A stretch of DNA of 64,000 nt from Nannocystis bainbridge (GCF_028368995.1 NZ_JAQNDL010000003.1:2208001-2272000), one strand, 5' to 3'. Shown: positions 49,361 through 60,271, numbered from the stretch's first letter. Numbers and translations are program-made. The notes: generated by a model from the letters alone, not told the origin.

Positions 49361-52027
49361 ATGGTCCGTCCCATCGAACACGCCCGCGCCAGCAAAGCTC
49401 GCCGTTACTGGTTCGCCGTCGGCGTCACCGCCGTCGCGGCCGGGCTGCGCCTGCTCGGCCACACCCTCGAGCCGCAGCCGCCGGTCCTCGTGCTCTTCAC
49501 CGGCGCCGCCAGCCTCTCCGCCTGGTACGGCGGGCTCGGCCCGGCGATGCTCACCATCGCCCTCTCGGTCTTCCTCGACTTCTGGTTCTTCGACCCGCAC
49601 CTCGCCTTCGCCCTCGATCGCTGGACCGACCTGATCGACCTCGGCATCTTCGCCCTGGTCGCCTTCGCCGTCGCCTGGCTGTGTGAATCGCTGCACGCCG
49701 CCCGGCGCGTGATGGAGGTCCGCGCGCGCGAGCTGGCGCTGGTGTCGGCCAACGAGCGGGCCTGGAAGGACCGCTACGAGGCCGCGGTGCGGGCCAGCGG
49801 TCACATCCTCTACGACGACGACCGCGCCGGCGGGCGCATCGTCTTCAGCGGCGCCTGTCTGCCGATCCTCGGCTATGGCGCCGAGGAGCTGGGCGACAGC
49901 CTCGACTGGAGCGCCCTCGTCCACCCCGAGGACCTGGCGCGCTTCTGCCTCTCGCGCCGCGCCGGCGACGGCCTCGAGGTCGAGTACCGCGTCCGTCACC
50001 GCGGCGGGCGATGGATCACCCTCCACGATGTCGGCCAGAAGCTCGTCGACGCCGAGGGCCGCGTCATCCGCGTCGTCGGCTTCCTCAAGGACGTCACCGC
50101 CCAGCGCCGCGCCGAGGCGGCCGTGCGCGCCAGCGAGGAGCGCCTCCGCCTCGCCGTCGAGGCCACCGGTCTCGGCGTCACCTCCACCGTGTTCGAAGCG
50201 GACGGCACTGTCCGCTTCGAGTGGACCCGCGAGGCCCGGCTCGCCTTCGGCGTCGAGGGCGACGGCGAGCTCACGCTCCCCGACCTGCTCGCGCGCGTGC
50301 ACCCCTGCGACGTCGCGGCCGTGCAGGCGGCCGTGCGGGCCGCGCTCGACCCCGCCGGCGACGGCACCGACAACCTCGAGTTCCGCGTCGTCCACCCCGA
50401 CGGCGGCGTGCGCTGGCTCGGCTGTCAGGGCCGCACCACGTTCGACCTCGCCGCCAGCCCGCCGCGACCGCTGCGCAACCTCGGCATCGTCCGCGACGTC
50501 ACCGAGCGGAGGACCACCGCCGAGCAGCTGGCCGAGAGCTTCGCCCTCATCGACGCCCTGGTCTTCAAGGCCCCGATCGGCATGGCCTTCATCGACCGCG
50601 GCTACCGCTTCGTCCGCGTCAACGAGAAGCTGGCCGAGTTCAACGGCATCGCCGCCGCCGAGCACATCGGCCGCACCGTCGCCGACGTCTTGCCCGACCT
50701 GTGGCCGCGGCTCGAGCCGGTCCTGCGCGACGGCCTGCGCGACGGTCGCGAGCGCGTCAACACCGAGGTCGAGGGCCCCACCGCGGCCCAGCCGGGCCGA
50801 CGCCACTGGCTCGTGAGCCAGTACCCGATCCGCGCCGGCGACCGCCTGCTCGGCATCGGCGTCACCGTCGTCGAGACCACCGACCAGAAGCGCATCGAGG
50901 CCTCCTTGCGCGAGGCCGACCAGCGCAAGGACACCTTCATCGCCACCCTCGCCCACGAGCTGCGCAACCCGCTGGCGCCGATCCGCAACGCCCTCGCGCT
51001 GCTCGGCGTCGCCCGCGACGCGCCCGAGCGGGCCGCCAGCCTCGCCGTCATCGGCCGCCAGGTCGAGCAGATGGCCCACCTCCTCGACGACCTGCTCGAC
51101 GTCTCTCGCATCACCCGCGGCCGCCTCACCCTGCGCCGCGAACTGGTCACCCTCGACGCGATCATGGCCCGCGCCGCCGAGACCGCCAACCCGTGGATCG
51201 TCGCGCGCCGCCACAGCTTCGCCGTCGACATCCCGGACGCCCCCGTCCTCCTCGACGCCGACCCGATCCGCCTCGCGCAGGTGTTCTCCAACCTCTTCAC
51301 CAACGCCGCCAAGTACACCGATCCCGGCGGCACCATTCGCGTCACCGCCAGGGTCCACGGCGAGCGCGTGCAGATCGGCGTCGCCGACACCGGGGTGGGG
51401 ATCGCCGCCCAGCACCTGCCGCGCGTGTTCGAGATGTTCTCGCAGGTCGGCCCCTGCTCGAGCCGCGGGGACGGCGGCCTCGGCATCGGCCTCGCGCTGG
51501 CCCGCGGCCTCATCGAGATGCACGGCGGCGCGATCACGGCCCACAGCCCCGGTCCCGGCCGCGGCAGCGAATTCATGGTCGAGCTGCCGCTCGCCGCCCA
51601 GGCCCACGCCAGCGGTCCCCACGCGCCGCTCGGCCCCGCGCGCGAGGGGCCGTCGACCGGCCGGCGGATCGTCGTCGCCGACGACAACGTCGACAACGCC
51701 GACACCCTGGCGATGCTGCTCGAGGCGCTCGGCCACGAGGTCTTCACCGTCTACGACGGCGAGGCGGCCGTGCGCGCGTGCGCCGAGGTCCGCCCCGACG
51801 TCGTCTTCCTCGACATCGGCATGCCGCGGCGCGACGGCTACGAGGTCTGTCGGTGGATCCGCCAGCAGCCGTGGGGCGGCGCCACGCTGGTCATCGCCCA
51901 GACCGGCTGGGGTCAGGACGAAGATCGCCGGCGCGCCGCCGCGGCCGGCTTCGATCATCACCTCACCAAGCCCGCCGACCCCGACCGGCTGCTCGCCCTG
52001 CTGGACGCGCAGCCGACGGCCGCGTGA
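49361..52027 (+). CDS. hybrid sensor histidine kinase (DUF4118-like TM, 3 PAS, HisKA, HATPase, REC)
   Basis: LAHELRNPL, NAAKYT, DTGVG, GLGIGL, REC with VVADD and LDIGMP. Confidence 0.93.
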   Translation: MVRPIEHARASKARRYWFAVGVTAVAAGLRLLGHTLEPQPPVLVLFTGAASLSAWYGGLGPAMLTIALSVFLDFWFFDPHLAFALDRWTDLIDLGIFALVAFAVAWLCESLHAARRVMEVRARELALVSANERAWKDRYEAAVRASGHILYDDDRAGGRIVFSGACLPILGYGAEELGDSLDWSALVHPEDLARFCLSRRAGDGLEVEYRVRHRGGRWITLHDVGQKLVDAEGRVIRVVGFLKDVTAQRRAEAAVRASEERLRLAVEATGLGVTSTVFEADGTVRFEWTREARLAFGVEGDGELTLPDLLARVHPCDVAAVQAAVRAALDPAGDGTDNLEFRVVHPDGGVRWLGCQGRTTFDLAASPPRPLRNLGIVRDVTERRTTAEQLAESFALIDALVFKAPIGMAFIDRGYRFVRVNEKLAEFNGIAAAEHIGRTVADVLPDLWPRLEPVLRDGLRDGRERVNTEVEGPTAAQPGRRHWLVSQYPIRAGDRLLGIGVTVVETTDQKRIEASLREADQRKDTFIATLAHELRNPLAPIRNALALLGVARDAPERAASLAVIGRQVEQMAHLLDDLLDVSRITRGRLTLRRELVTLDAIMARAAETANPWIVARRHSFAVDIPDAPVLLDADPIRLAQVFSNLFTNAAKYTDPGGTIRVTARVHGERVQIGVADTGVGIAAQHLPRVFEMFSQVGPCSSRGDGGLGIGLALARGLIEMHGGAITAHSPGPGRGSEFMVELPLAAQAHASGPHAPLGPAREGPSTGRRIVVADDNVDNADTLAMLLEALGHEVFTVYDGEAAVRACAEVRPDVVFLDIGMPRRDGYEVCRWIRQQPWGGATLVIAQTGWGQDEDRRRAAAAGFDHHLTKPADPDRLLALLDAQPTAA

Positions 52028-52028
52028 T

Positions 52029-52050
52029 GACATGTCCCGAAGGACATATC
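52029..52050. repeat. GACATGTC-like pair
   Basis: Units at 52029 and 52043 between convergent stops. Confidence 0.7.
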
Positions 52051-52066
52051 ATCAATCACCGCCGCC

Positions 52067-52732
52067 TCAGAAGCGGCCGCCGAGCATGAACGTCCCGCCG
52101 TCGAGGAACGGCGTCGGCGCCATGTTGGCGCGCAGGCGGGTGCGGCCGAGCCTGAAGCCGTCGACGTCGGCCACGCGCTGGGCCTTGCCGTCGTTGACGA
52201 ACATGATCGTGCCGGCGATGCCCATCGCCAGGCCGGCGATCTGGACCAGGCCCGGCAGGGCCATGAACACCTTGGGCGTGATCGCCTCGGTGCGCAGGTA
52301 CGGGATCGTCATGAACGGCCCGATCAGCGGGATCAGCGAGAAGCCGGCCGCGCGCCGACAGTTGGGCGCGTCGGCGATGCTGCAGGTGTCGTGAATGATG
52401 CCGGCGACCAGCGCCGTGAACAGGTACGACGAGCCGAACATGGTCCAGCCGGCGATCATCAGCGCCTTGCGGCGCTTGGGCGGCGGCTGCGGCGGCGGAG
52501 CGTACATGGTGCCGGCGGCCGGCCCCTCGGGCGCCGGCGCGGTCGCGCTGGGATCGGCGTAGGGTTGCGGCGCCGCGGCGGGATCCTCGGCCGATGCGGC
52601 CTCGGGCGCGGCCGGATCTTGCGCCGTGGCTGACCAGGAGGCCAGGGTCGAACGGACAGGCGCGGCCGCGGCCTCGGGACATACGAGCGACGCGGCGACG
52701 ACGACGGCGAGGGGCAGGGCGGTGCGGTGCAT
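52067..52732 (-). CDS. hypothetical membrane/exported protein
   Basis: Signal peptide, Pro-rich linker, TM segments, IPLIGPF, ends GGRF. Confidence 0.65.
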   Translation of the reverse strand: MHRTALPLAVVVAASLVCPEAAAAPVRSTLASWSATAQDPAAPEAASAEDPAAAPQPYADPSATAPAPEGPAAGTMYAPPPQPPPKRRKALMIAGWTMFGSSYLFTALVAGIIHDTCSIADAPNCRRAAGFSLIPLIGPFMTIPYLRTEAITPKVFMALPGLVQIAGLAMGIAGTIMFVNDGKAQRVADVDGFRLGRTRLRANMAPTPFLDGGTFMLGGRF

Positions 52733-53122
52733 TCGGGTTCCTGTGGTCTGCAGCCTAAAGCCCGCCCCGGCAAGGCGTAAACGCGAATCGACCTGCGCAG
52801 TGCGCGGGGCCCCGGCTTCGTCGCACTTTCGCACTGTTCATAATCCTCCCCTGCGCCCCGGGCCGGCGTCCATTCCCTGTCCCAAGGGCCAGGTATCCGA
52901 ATGACGTTCTCCCCGCTGAGGTCGCCGCCGCGGCCGCGACCGAACGACTCTGCGCGGATCTGCGGGAGACCTCCTGCGCGCCCTCGCACGGCCCAGCGCG
53001 CCAGCGCAAGACGCGCGGAACTCCACTTCCGAGGTTCATGGGCCGCGCTTGGAATCGCCGTACTCGCGACCTGCTCTCGCGGGGGGCTGTGACCCGAGCG
53101 AGCGGAGGCGTAGCATCGTGCG

Positions 53123-53737
53123 ATGCGCTGCGCGTGCTCCTTGCTGGCCCTCTTCCTTGCATCCGGCTGCAGCGACGACGGTGGGGGCACCACCTCGCAG
53201 ACCTCGCAGTCCACCGTTGCGAGCGCCACCACCTCCACATCGAACGACGCGACTTCGGGCGGCATGCCGACCAGCACCGGCGGCACGACCGGCACCACGG
53301 CCGAGCCCGGTAGTACGGGTTCTAGCGGCGTCAGCAGCGAGATCTCCTCGACCTCCGCCGCTTCCACCACCACCGGCCCCGGCGCCACCACCGACGATCC
53401 CGCCTGTCCCCCGGTCAAGGGCGAGTACAACGATTGCACCGACCCGCGCGGCGACATCGACAACAAGGCGTGCAAATGGATGGGTGACGGCGAGAACGGC
53501 TTCATCACTTGTCTGAACGCGGCAGGCATGACGGGCGCCTCCACCTGTTCGCTCATCAACTGCGAGCTCGACTGTCACTGCTTCGACGCCCCCGCGACTG
53601 GCACCGCGACCAGCATTTGCAAGCCGAACGCCACCGACAAGGGTGACAGCGCCTGCGTGCTCGACTGCTCGGACGGCGCCACCTGCCCTGACGGCATGGT
53701 CTGCGACAACGACACCTGCTTCTGGCCGGCCCCGTGA
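53123..53737 (+). CDS. Thr-rich, Cys-rich lipoprotein
   Basis: Lipobox ASGC; ends CVLDC...TCPDGMVC...CFWP. Confidence 0.78.
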   Translation: MRCACSLLALFLASGCSDDGGGTTSQTSQSTVASATTSTSNDATSGGMPTSTGGTTGTTAEPGSTGSSGVSSEISSTSAASTTTGPGATTDDPACPPVKGEYNDCTDPRGDIDNKACKWMGDGENGFITCLNAAGMTGASTCSLINCELDCHCFDAPATGTATSICKPNATDKGDSACVLDCSDGATCPDGMVCDNDTCFWPAP

Positions 53738-54171
53738 TCGCCGTGCGTCGCCCGCTGCTCCTCCTCGCGTTCGCTCTCGGCTGCCCGCATCTGGTCCCGC
53801 CTGCCGCGCCGAAGGAGAACGGTCTACCGGCCGTCGACCCCCGCGAGCAGCCGCTCCCCGAGCCCGTGCGGGTCGCCTCGGCCCGGGCCCACGGTGGTTG
53901 CGACACCGGGGCCCAGTGCGTCGAGCACCTCGACCCCGACCATTCGGCCGACGACGGCCGTCGCACCTGCGAGCAGGACGGCGCTCGCTGGCTCACCGGC
54001 GCCTGCCCGCACCGCCGGGCCCACAGCGCCTGCATCACCACCTATTTCCTCGTGTTCGACTACGGCAAGCTGCGCGCCGACGAGTTCGGCAACCCGCTCC
54101 ACCGCGACCTCGCCGGCGCCCGTGAGGCCTGCTTGCGCGAGCAGGGCGAGTTCTACGAGCTCACCCCGTGA
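53734..54171 (+). CDS. Cys-rich lipoprotein
   Basis: Lipobox ALGC; GTGA overlap with the upstream gene. Confidence 0.68.
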   Translation: MIAVRRPLLLLAFALGCPHLVPPAAPKENGLPAVDPREQPLPEPVRVASARAHGGCDTGAQCVEHLDPDHSADDGRRTCEQDGARWLTGACPHRRAHSACITTYFLVFDYGKLRADEFGNPLHRDLAGAREACLREQGEFYELTP

Positions 54172-54187
54172 GCGCTCGAGCATGAAT

Positions 54188-54237
54188 GACATGTCCCTCA
54201 CGACATGTCCTTCATGACATGTCCCCGTCGCCATCTC
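54188..54237. repeat. 14-bp-period GACATGTC array (3 perfect + 1 degenerate)
   Basis: gacatgtc-cctcac-gacatgtc-cttcat-gacatgtc-cccgtc-gccatctc. Confidence 0.88.
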
Positions 54238-54425
54238 GCTGTCCGCATCGGCCACCTCGTGCGCCCCGGGTCTCGCACGCGCCGATGACCCGTCCCGCGA
54301 GACAGCCCCCGTCACCTCCCGGAGCCCCTGCCGCGACCGGCCGCCGCCCGGCCCGACTCCGGCATGCGCGGTCCCGCTTGACGCGCGGCTGCGCTCATTG
54401 TAGACCACTGAACGGAAGATCAGCC

Positions 54426-54869
54426 ATGCACGACAGCGACCTCGCCGATCCCGTCTCCCCCGCGCTTCTCGACCTCCTGGCCCTCTTCGAGGGCCCGCTC
54501 GCCGACGTTCAGTTCCCCGGCGTCGACCAGGGCACGCTCCGGGGCCTCGTCGATCAGGTGCGCGGACACGCGCAGGAGCTCGACCAGATGCGGGCCCAGC
54601 TCGACGCCCTCCACAACCACCTCGCCGAGGCCCGCCTGCGCCTGCTCCGCACCGCCGAGCAGGGCCTGGCGTACGCCCGGGTGTTCGCCGCCGACGACCC
54701 GGAGCTCGAGTCGAGGTTGGCCGACATCAACCTCGGCGGCAAGCCCGAGCCGCGCCGGCGCAAGCTCGAAGTCGCGGCCGCCGATTCCGGCAACAACGAG
54801 CCCCTGCGTTTGCCGCCGCGCCGCGGTCGCAAGCCCCGCGCCGCCGAGGAGGCCCCGACTGGTTCGTGA
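54426..54869 (+). CDS. hypothetical coiled-coil protein with basic tail
   Basis: 147 aa; FPGVD, coiled coil, ends RRGRKPR. Confidence 0.65.
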   Translation: MHDSDLADPVSPALLDLLALFEGPLADVQFPGVDQGTLRGLVDQVRGHAQELDQMRAQLDALHNHLAEARLRLLRTAEQGLAYARVFAADDPELESRLADINLGGKPEPRRRKLEVAAADSGNNEPLRLPPRRGRKPRAAEEAPTGS

Positions 54870-56092
54870 TGGCCCGCGGCCATCGTCCGGATGGTAGAAC
54901 CCCGCCCGTGACCTACGCCGAGCTGCGCGCCGCACTCCGCCACGAGCACCTCCCGCTCGCCTACTGCGACCTCGACCTGCTCGAGGCCAACGCCCGCAGC
55001 CTCGTCGAGCGCGCCGGCAGCTTGCCGATCCGCCTCGCCTCCAAGTCGGTCCGCTGCCGCGACATCCTCCGCCGCGTGCAGGCGCTGAGCCCCGTGTTCC
55101 AGGGCATCCTCTGCTACAGCGCCGCCGAGGCCGCCCACCTGGCCGCCGACGACTTCAAAGATCTGGTCGTCGCCTACCCGACGGTCGATCGCCACGACCT
55201 CGACCTCGCCTGCACGGCGATCGCCGGCGGCGCGGAGATCTGTCTGATGGTCGACGACCCGCTGCAGCTGCCGTTCCTGTCCGAGGCGGCCACCCGGGCC
55301 GAGGTCACGCTGCCGGTGGCGATCGACCTCGACATGTCCTCGACCTTGCCCGGCATCCACTTCGGCGTGCGGCGCTCGCCGGTGACGGAGGTCGACACCG
55401 CGGTGGCCCTCGCCGACGCCATCGCCGGCACCCCGAACCTCCGCCTCGACGGCCTGATGGGCTACGAGGCCCAGCTGGCCGGCCTGCAGGATCTGCTGCC
55501 GGGCCAGCGGCTCAAGAGCGCCGCCGTGCGGGCGCTGAAGCGCCGCTCGCAGCCGGAGGTGTTCGCCCGTCGGGCCGCCGTCGTCGCCGCCATCAAGGCC
55601 CGCGGCCACGAGCTGCGGTTCGTCAACGGCGGCGGCACTGGCAGCCTCGAGCAGACCCGCACCGACGCCGCGGTCACCGAGCTCGCGGCCGGCTCCGGCC
55701 TGTACGGCCCGACCCTGTTCGACGGCTACGACAGCTTTCGGCCGCAACCGGCCGCCGGCTTCGCGTTGCCGATCGTGCGGCGGCCGACCCCGAACATCTA
55801 CACCTGCTTCGGCGGCGGTTACATCGCCTCCGGCAGCCCCGGCCGCGATCGGCAACCGACCCCCTTCTTGCCGCCCGGCGCCGGCCTGCTCGCCAACGAG
55901 GGCTGCGGCGAGGTCCAGACCCCCGTGACCTACCCCGGCCCCGAGCTGCTGGCGCTCGGCGACCCGATCTTCTTCCGCCACGCCAAGGCCGGCGAGCTGT
56001 GCGAGCACTTCCCCGAGCTGGTGCTGCTCGCCGGCGCCGCTGTGGTCGGCCGCGCCCCCACCTATCGCGGCGACGGCAAGAGCTTCGTCTGA
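54866..56092 (+). CDS. PLP-dependent fold-III enzyme (alanine racemase/DSD1-like)
   Basis: IRLASKSVRC, GLMGYEAQ, NGGGTGS, ELAAGSG, FRHAKAGELCEHF. Confidence 0.88.
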   Translation: MMARGHRPDGRTPPVTYAELRAALRHEHLPLAYCDLDLLEANARSLVERAGSLPIRLASKSVRCRDILRRVQALSPVFQGILCYSAAEAAHLAADDFKDLVVAYPTVDRHDLDLACTAIAGGAEICLMVDDPLQLPFLSEAATRAEVTLPVAIDLDMSSTLPGIHFGVRRSPVTEVDTAVALADAIAGTPNLRLDGLMGYEAQLAGLQDLLPGQRLKSAAVRALKRRSQPEVFARRAAVVAAIKARGHELRFVNGGGTGSLEQTRTDAAVTELAAGSGLYGPTLFDGYDSFRPQPAAGFALPIVRRPTPNIYTCFGGGYIASGSPGRDRQPTPFLPPGAGLLANEGCGEVQTPVTYPGPELLALGDPIFFRHAKAGELCEHFPELVLLAGAAVVGRAPTYRGDGKSFV

Positions 56093-56529
56093 CCCGGTAG
56101 CGACCGCCGCGAGACGAGGCCAGGTCGCTCAGGCGAGCACCCGTTCAAGCCGGCCGACCCTCCCGTCGCCCCGACGATTCCCGCCGCGAAGCCGCCGGAT
56201 CGCCCGACCGCGGCAAGGCGAGCGCTCGCCTGACCCGGCCGACTCTCCTGTCGGCCCGACGACTCCCACCACGAGGCCGCCGGGTCGCCCGCACCGAGGC
56301 GAGCCTGTGTCCAACCCGGCCGAGCTCTCGTCGCGCGATGTTTCACGCCGCAAGGGCCGCAGCGTCCGAGCCCTCCGACGCCTGCGCCGCGCAAGCAACT
56401 CGAGGCGTCCTCAGGCTGCTCCGCTTCGCCGCAGCGACTGCGTCCCGCGGGACCGGTGATTGTCTCAGTTTCGTCGGCGCGCCCCCGCGGCTTCGTCCGC
56501 GTCGGCCCGCCTGATATCATCCGCTGGCG

Positions 56530-57831
56530 ATGTTCGGGCGCAAGCAATGGTCCAATTGGTCGGGCGGCGTCACCTGTCGTCCGGGCCAGTTCGTGGTCCC
56601 GAGCACCGTCGAAGCCCTCAGCGACCTGGTCCGAGAGACAGCCGGCGCCAACGGCAAGCTGCGGGTCGTCGGCGCCGGCCACTCCTTCAGCCCGGTCGTC
56701 GCCACCGAGCACACCCTCGTCTCGCTGGCGCGGATCCGCGGCCTCGCCGAGGTCGACCGCGAAGCCGGCGCCGCCACCGTGCTGGCCGGCACCACGATCC
56801 GCGACCTCGGCGGCCTGCTCGGCAAGCACGGCCTCGCGCTCGAGAACCAGGGCGACATCGACAGCCAGGCGATCGCCGGGGCCGTCAGCACCGGCACCCA
56901 CGGCACCGGCATCGCCTTCGGCAGCATCAGCACCCAGGTCCGCGCCCTCACCCTCGTGCTCGCGACCGGCGAGCTGCTGCCTTGCTCGCCGACGCAGGAG
57001 CCCGAGATCTTCAAGGCCGCCCAGGTCGCTCTCGGCAGCCTCGGGGTGCTGGCGCGGGTCCGCCTGCAGTGCGTGCCGAGCTACGTGCTCCGCGACGTCC
57101 GCAAGAACGTCGACCTCGCGCAGTGCCTGGCCGACTTCGAGGACAGCTGCCGGCGCCACCGCCACTTCGAGTTCTGGTGGTTCCCCTACAGCGACCGCGC
57201 CGCCACCAAGGCGCTCGACATCGTCGCCACCCCGAAGCCGCGCTCCGTCGTCAAGCGCGTGCTCGCCGACAAGCTGCTCGAGACCGGCGTGTTCTGGGCC
57301 GCCTCCGAGGCCGTGCGGCTGTTCCCCGGCCTCTCGCGCCCGGTCGCCCGCTTCGCCGCGCGGGCCATCTCCGAGGCCGACCACGCCGACCACAGCCACC
57401 GCGTGTTCCCCAGCCCCCGCGACGTCCGCTTCAACGAGATGGAGTACGCGGTCCCGGTCGAGCGCGGCCCCGACTGCCTGCGCGAGCTCAAGGCGTACAT
57501 CGAGCGCGACCGCGTCAATGTCCACTTCCCCGTCGAGTACCGCGTGGTCGCCGGCGACGACATCTGGCTGAGCCCGTTCTACCGCCGCGACAGCGCCGTG
57601 ATCTCGGTGCACATGTACGCCGGCATGCCGTACGCCGACTACTTCGCCGGCTGCGAGGCGATCTTCCGCAACCACCGCGGCCGCCCGCACTGGGGCAAGC
57701 TCCACGGCCTGACCGCACATGAACTTCAGGACATGTACCCGGAATGGCACCGCTTCCACGCCGTCCGCCGCCGCCTCGACCCCCGCGGCGTGTTCATGAA
57801 CGACCATTTGACGAGGATCTTCGGCGCCTGA
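56530..57831 (+). CDS. FAD-linked oxidase, D-arabinono-1,4-lactone oxidase family
   Basis: WSNW, GAGHSFS, STGTHG, EMEY, GRPHWGK, DPRGVF. Confidence 0.9.
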   Translation: MFGRKQWSNWSGGVTCRPGQFVVPSTVEALSDLVRETAGANGKLRVVGAGHSFSPVVATEHTLVSLARIRGLAEVDREAGAATVLAGTTIRDLGGLLGKHGLALENQGDIDSQAIAGAVSTGTHGTGIAFGSISTQVRALTLVLATGELLPCSPTQEPEIFKAAQVALGSLGVLARVRLQCVPSYVLRDVRKNVDLAQCLADFEDSCRRHRHFEFWWFPYSDRAATKALDIVATPKPRSVVKRVLADKLLETGVFWAASEAVRLFPGLSRPVARFAARAISEADHADHSHRVFPSPRDVRFNEMEYAVPVERGPDCLRELKAYIERDRVNVHFPVEYRVVAGDDIWLSPFYRRDSAVISVHMYAGMPYADYFAGCEAIFRNHRGRPHWGKLHGLTAHELQDMYPEWHRFHAVRRRLDPRGVFMNDHLTRIFGA

Positions 57832-57854
57832 TTTGCCCGGCACGGCGAATCCGC

Positions 57855-57975
57855 GACATGTCCTGAAGGCCAGATTACCAGCCTTTTCGCTTGGACATGT
57901 CCCGAGCGACATGTCACCCGAAGGCCAGCTCACCGGCCTCGCCTGCCCGCATAGACATGTCCCAAAAGCCATGTC
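57855..57975. repeat. GACATGTC cluster
   Basis: Units at 57855, 57894/57908, 57954/57968. Confidence 0.8.
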
Positions 57976-58062
57976 ACCGCCTCATCACATCCGCCCCTGC
58001 GCGCCCTCGCGCCATGCGCTCGCGCCCTTGATCTCGCCTCCGCCTGCGGCGACCATGATCGG

Positions 58063-58755
58063 GTGAAGCTCGTCTGGTCGCTCATCGCCGGCCTCGGCGG
58101 CCTGTTCTTCGCGGTCGGCCTCACCCTGCTGATCGTCAACCAGCGGTTCTACGGCAGCGCGCGGCGGACCGACGGCGAGGTCGTCCACCTCCGCTTCAGC
58201 AACAAGGGCAGCGCTGCGCCCGACGTGGCCTACACCGACCACCTGGGCCGCGAGCACCTCCACAGCTCCAACGTCTACTCCAAGCCCGCGTATCGGGTCG
58301 GCGAGCCCGTCACGATCGCCTTCGACCCCGACGACCCCGGCGACGCCGCGATCGACAGCCTCACCCAGCGCTGGCTGTTGCCCGGCATCTTCGGGTGCAT
58401 CGGCCTCGTCCACCTCGGCATCGGCTCGACCTTCCTGCTGCTCCGCTCCCGCCGCAAGCGCGAGATCGCCAGGCTCTTGCGCGAGGGCCAGCGCGTCGAC
58501 GCCCCCATCGTCGAGATTGCCCACAACACCAGCATCCGCGTCAATCGCAGGAGCCCGTGGGTCATCCGCTGCGAGGTCACCTTGCCCGGCGAAGCGACCG
58601 CCCGTCGCTTCGTCAGCCGGCGCTTCTGGAACGACCCTCGCCCGCACCTGCGCGGGCGCAGCCTGCCCGTCTGTTACGACCCCCGCGATCCTTCACGCCA
58701 CGTCGTCGACACCGGCGACCTCGATCCGGGCCGCGCCTTCGAGCGCCGCGGCTGA
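58063..58755 (+). CDS. DUF3592-like membrane protein
   Basis: TM, GEVV...P.V.Y...G, VGEPVTIAFDPDDP, second TM. Confidence 0.75.
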   Translation: MKLVWSLIAGLGGLFFAVGLTLLIVNQRFYGSARRTDGEVVHLRFSNKGSAAPDVAYTDHLGREHLHSSNVYSKPAYRVGEPVTIAFDPDDPGDAAIDSLTQRWLLPGIFGCIGLVHLGIGSTFLLLRSRRKREIARLLREGQRVDAPIVEIAHNTSIRVNRRSPWVIRCEVTLPGEATARRFVSRRFWNDPRPHLRGRSLPVCYDPRDPSRHVVDTGDLDPGRAFERRG

Positions 58756-58921
58756 CAGCAGCCACGCGAGCGGACGGCGCTGGCCGCCTCGGCCGGTGCG
58801 ACGCGTCACCCATCCGCCGAGCCACGCGCGGCCTCGACCTCGTGCACGCGCATGCGGCCCGACGCCGCACCTCCCGCCGCCCCGCGTTGACGCCGGCCCG
58901 GGTGCGGCGCACGCTCCCTGC

Positions 58922-60271
58922 GTGTCGACTCGCAGCGCGCTCCCGCCTGGCTCCCGGCGCACCCTCCTGCAGACCTATCGCTACACCCGCGACCCGTACC
59001 GCTTCTTCGTCGAGATGGCCGAGGAGTACGGCGACCCGTTCACCATCCACGCCGTCAACGGCAGCGTCGCCATGACCGGCAATCCTGCCGGCGCCCAGCA
59101 GATCTTCGCCGCCGACCCCGACGCCTTTGTCCCCTTCGGCGCCGAGGTCTCGCGCCCGCTGCTCGGCGACAGCTCGATGCTGCTGCTCTCCGGCGAGCGT
59201 CACCGCAAGGAGCGCAAGCTGCTCATGCCCGCCTTCCACGGCGAACGCATGCGCGCCTACGGCGAAACGATCCGCGCCGCCGCCCACGCCGCCGCCTCGA
59301 CCTGGCTCAAGGGACAGACCTTCGTCTTCCAGGACAGCTCGCAGTGGATCTCGCTCGAGGTCATCATCCGCGCCGTGTTCGGGGTCGTTGACCCGGCCCG
59401 CGTCGAGGCGGTCCGCCAGGCCATCCTCGAGTTCGTCGCCGCCACCGTCCCGAGCTTCATGTTCTTCCCGTTCCTGCAGCGCGATTTCCTCGGCATGGGC
59501 CCGTGGGCGCGGTTTCAGCGGGCTCGCCGGCGGATCGGCTTCCTCATCGCCGCCGAGCTGGCCGCCCGTCGCAGCCGGCCCGAGGAGCTCGGCGACGACA
59601 TCCTGAGCCGCATGCTCGCCGCCCGTCACGACGACGGCAGCGGCATGAGCGACAGCGAGATCCACGACGAGCTCCTCACCCTGTTGTTCGCCGGCCACGA
59701 GACCTCCGGCATCGCCCTCGCCTGGTCGATCTACTGGCTGCACCGCAACCCCGACCGCCTCGAAAAATTGCTCGCCGAGCTCGACACTGCCGGCGAGCGG
59801 CCCGAGCCCGAGGTCGTCGCTCGCCTGCCGTACCTCGAGGCCGTCGTGCACGAGACCTTGCGCCTCTATCCGATCGCCCCGGACGCCCCGCGCATGCTCG
59901 CCCGCCCGCTCGAGCTCCTCGGCTACACCTTGCCCGCCGGCGCTGGCGTGGCCGTCGCCACCGGCCTCCTGCACATCCGCCCCGACCTCTACCCCGAGCC
60001 GCACGCCTTCCGCCCCGAGCGCTTCCTCCACAAGAAATTCAGCCCCTTCGAGTACACCCCGTTCGGCGGCGGTCATCGCCGCTGCCTCGGCGCCGCCTTC
60101 GCCACCTACGAGATGAAGCTCGTGCTCGCCGCGCTGCTGCGAAACTACCGCCTGAAGCTCGCCGAGCCGCGCGAGGTCAAGCCGGGCCGCCGCAACGTCG
60201 TGCTCGGCCCTGCCACTGGCGTGCGCGTCACCTACCTGGGCCCGCGCCGCGCCGGCGACCTGCCCGCCTGA
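58922..60271 (+). CDS. cytochrome P450
   Basis: AGHETS, ETLR, FRPERF, FGGGHRRCLG. Confidence 0.95.
   Translation: MSTRSALPPGSRRTLLQTYRYTRDPYRFFVEMAEEYGDPFTIHAVNGSVAMTGNPAGAQQIFAADPDAFVPFGAEVSRPLLGDSSMLLLSGERHRKERKLLMPAFHGERMRAYGETIRAAAHAAASTWLKGQTFVFQDSSQWISLEVIIRAVFGVVDPARVEAVRQAILEFVAATVPSFMFFPFLQRDFLGMGPWARFQRARRRIGFLIAAELAARRSRPEELGDDILSRMLAARHDDGSGMSDSEIHDELLTLLFAGHETSGIALAWSIYWLHRNPDRLEKLLAELDTAGERPEPEVVARLPYLEAVVHETLRLYPIAPDAPRMLARPLELLGYTLPAGAGVAVATGLLHIRPDLYPEPHAFRPERFLHKKFSPFEYTPFGGGHRRCLGAAFATYEMKLVLAALLRNYRLKLAEPREVKPGRRNVVLGPATGVRVTYLGPRRAGDLPA

Noticed and set aside
49289-52033. Long antisense and alternative-frame ORFs here and throughout (e.g. 816..2480, 45343..47373, 58613..60334)
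   Set aside because: High-GC shadow ORFs with Arg/Pro/Gly- or Val-skewed composition, overlapping well-supported genes.
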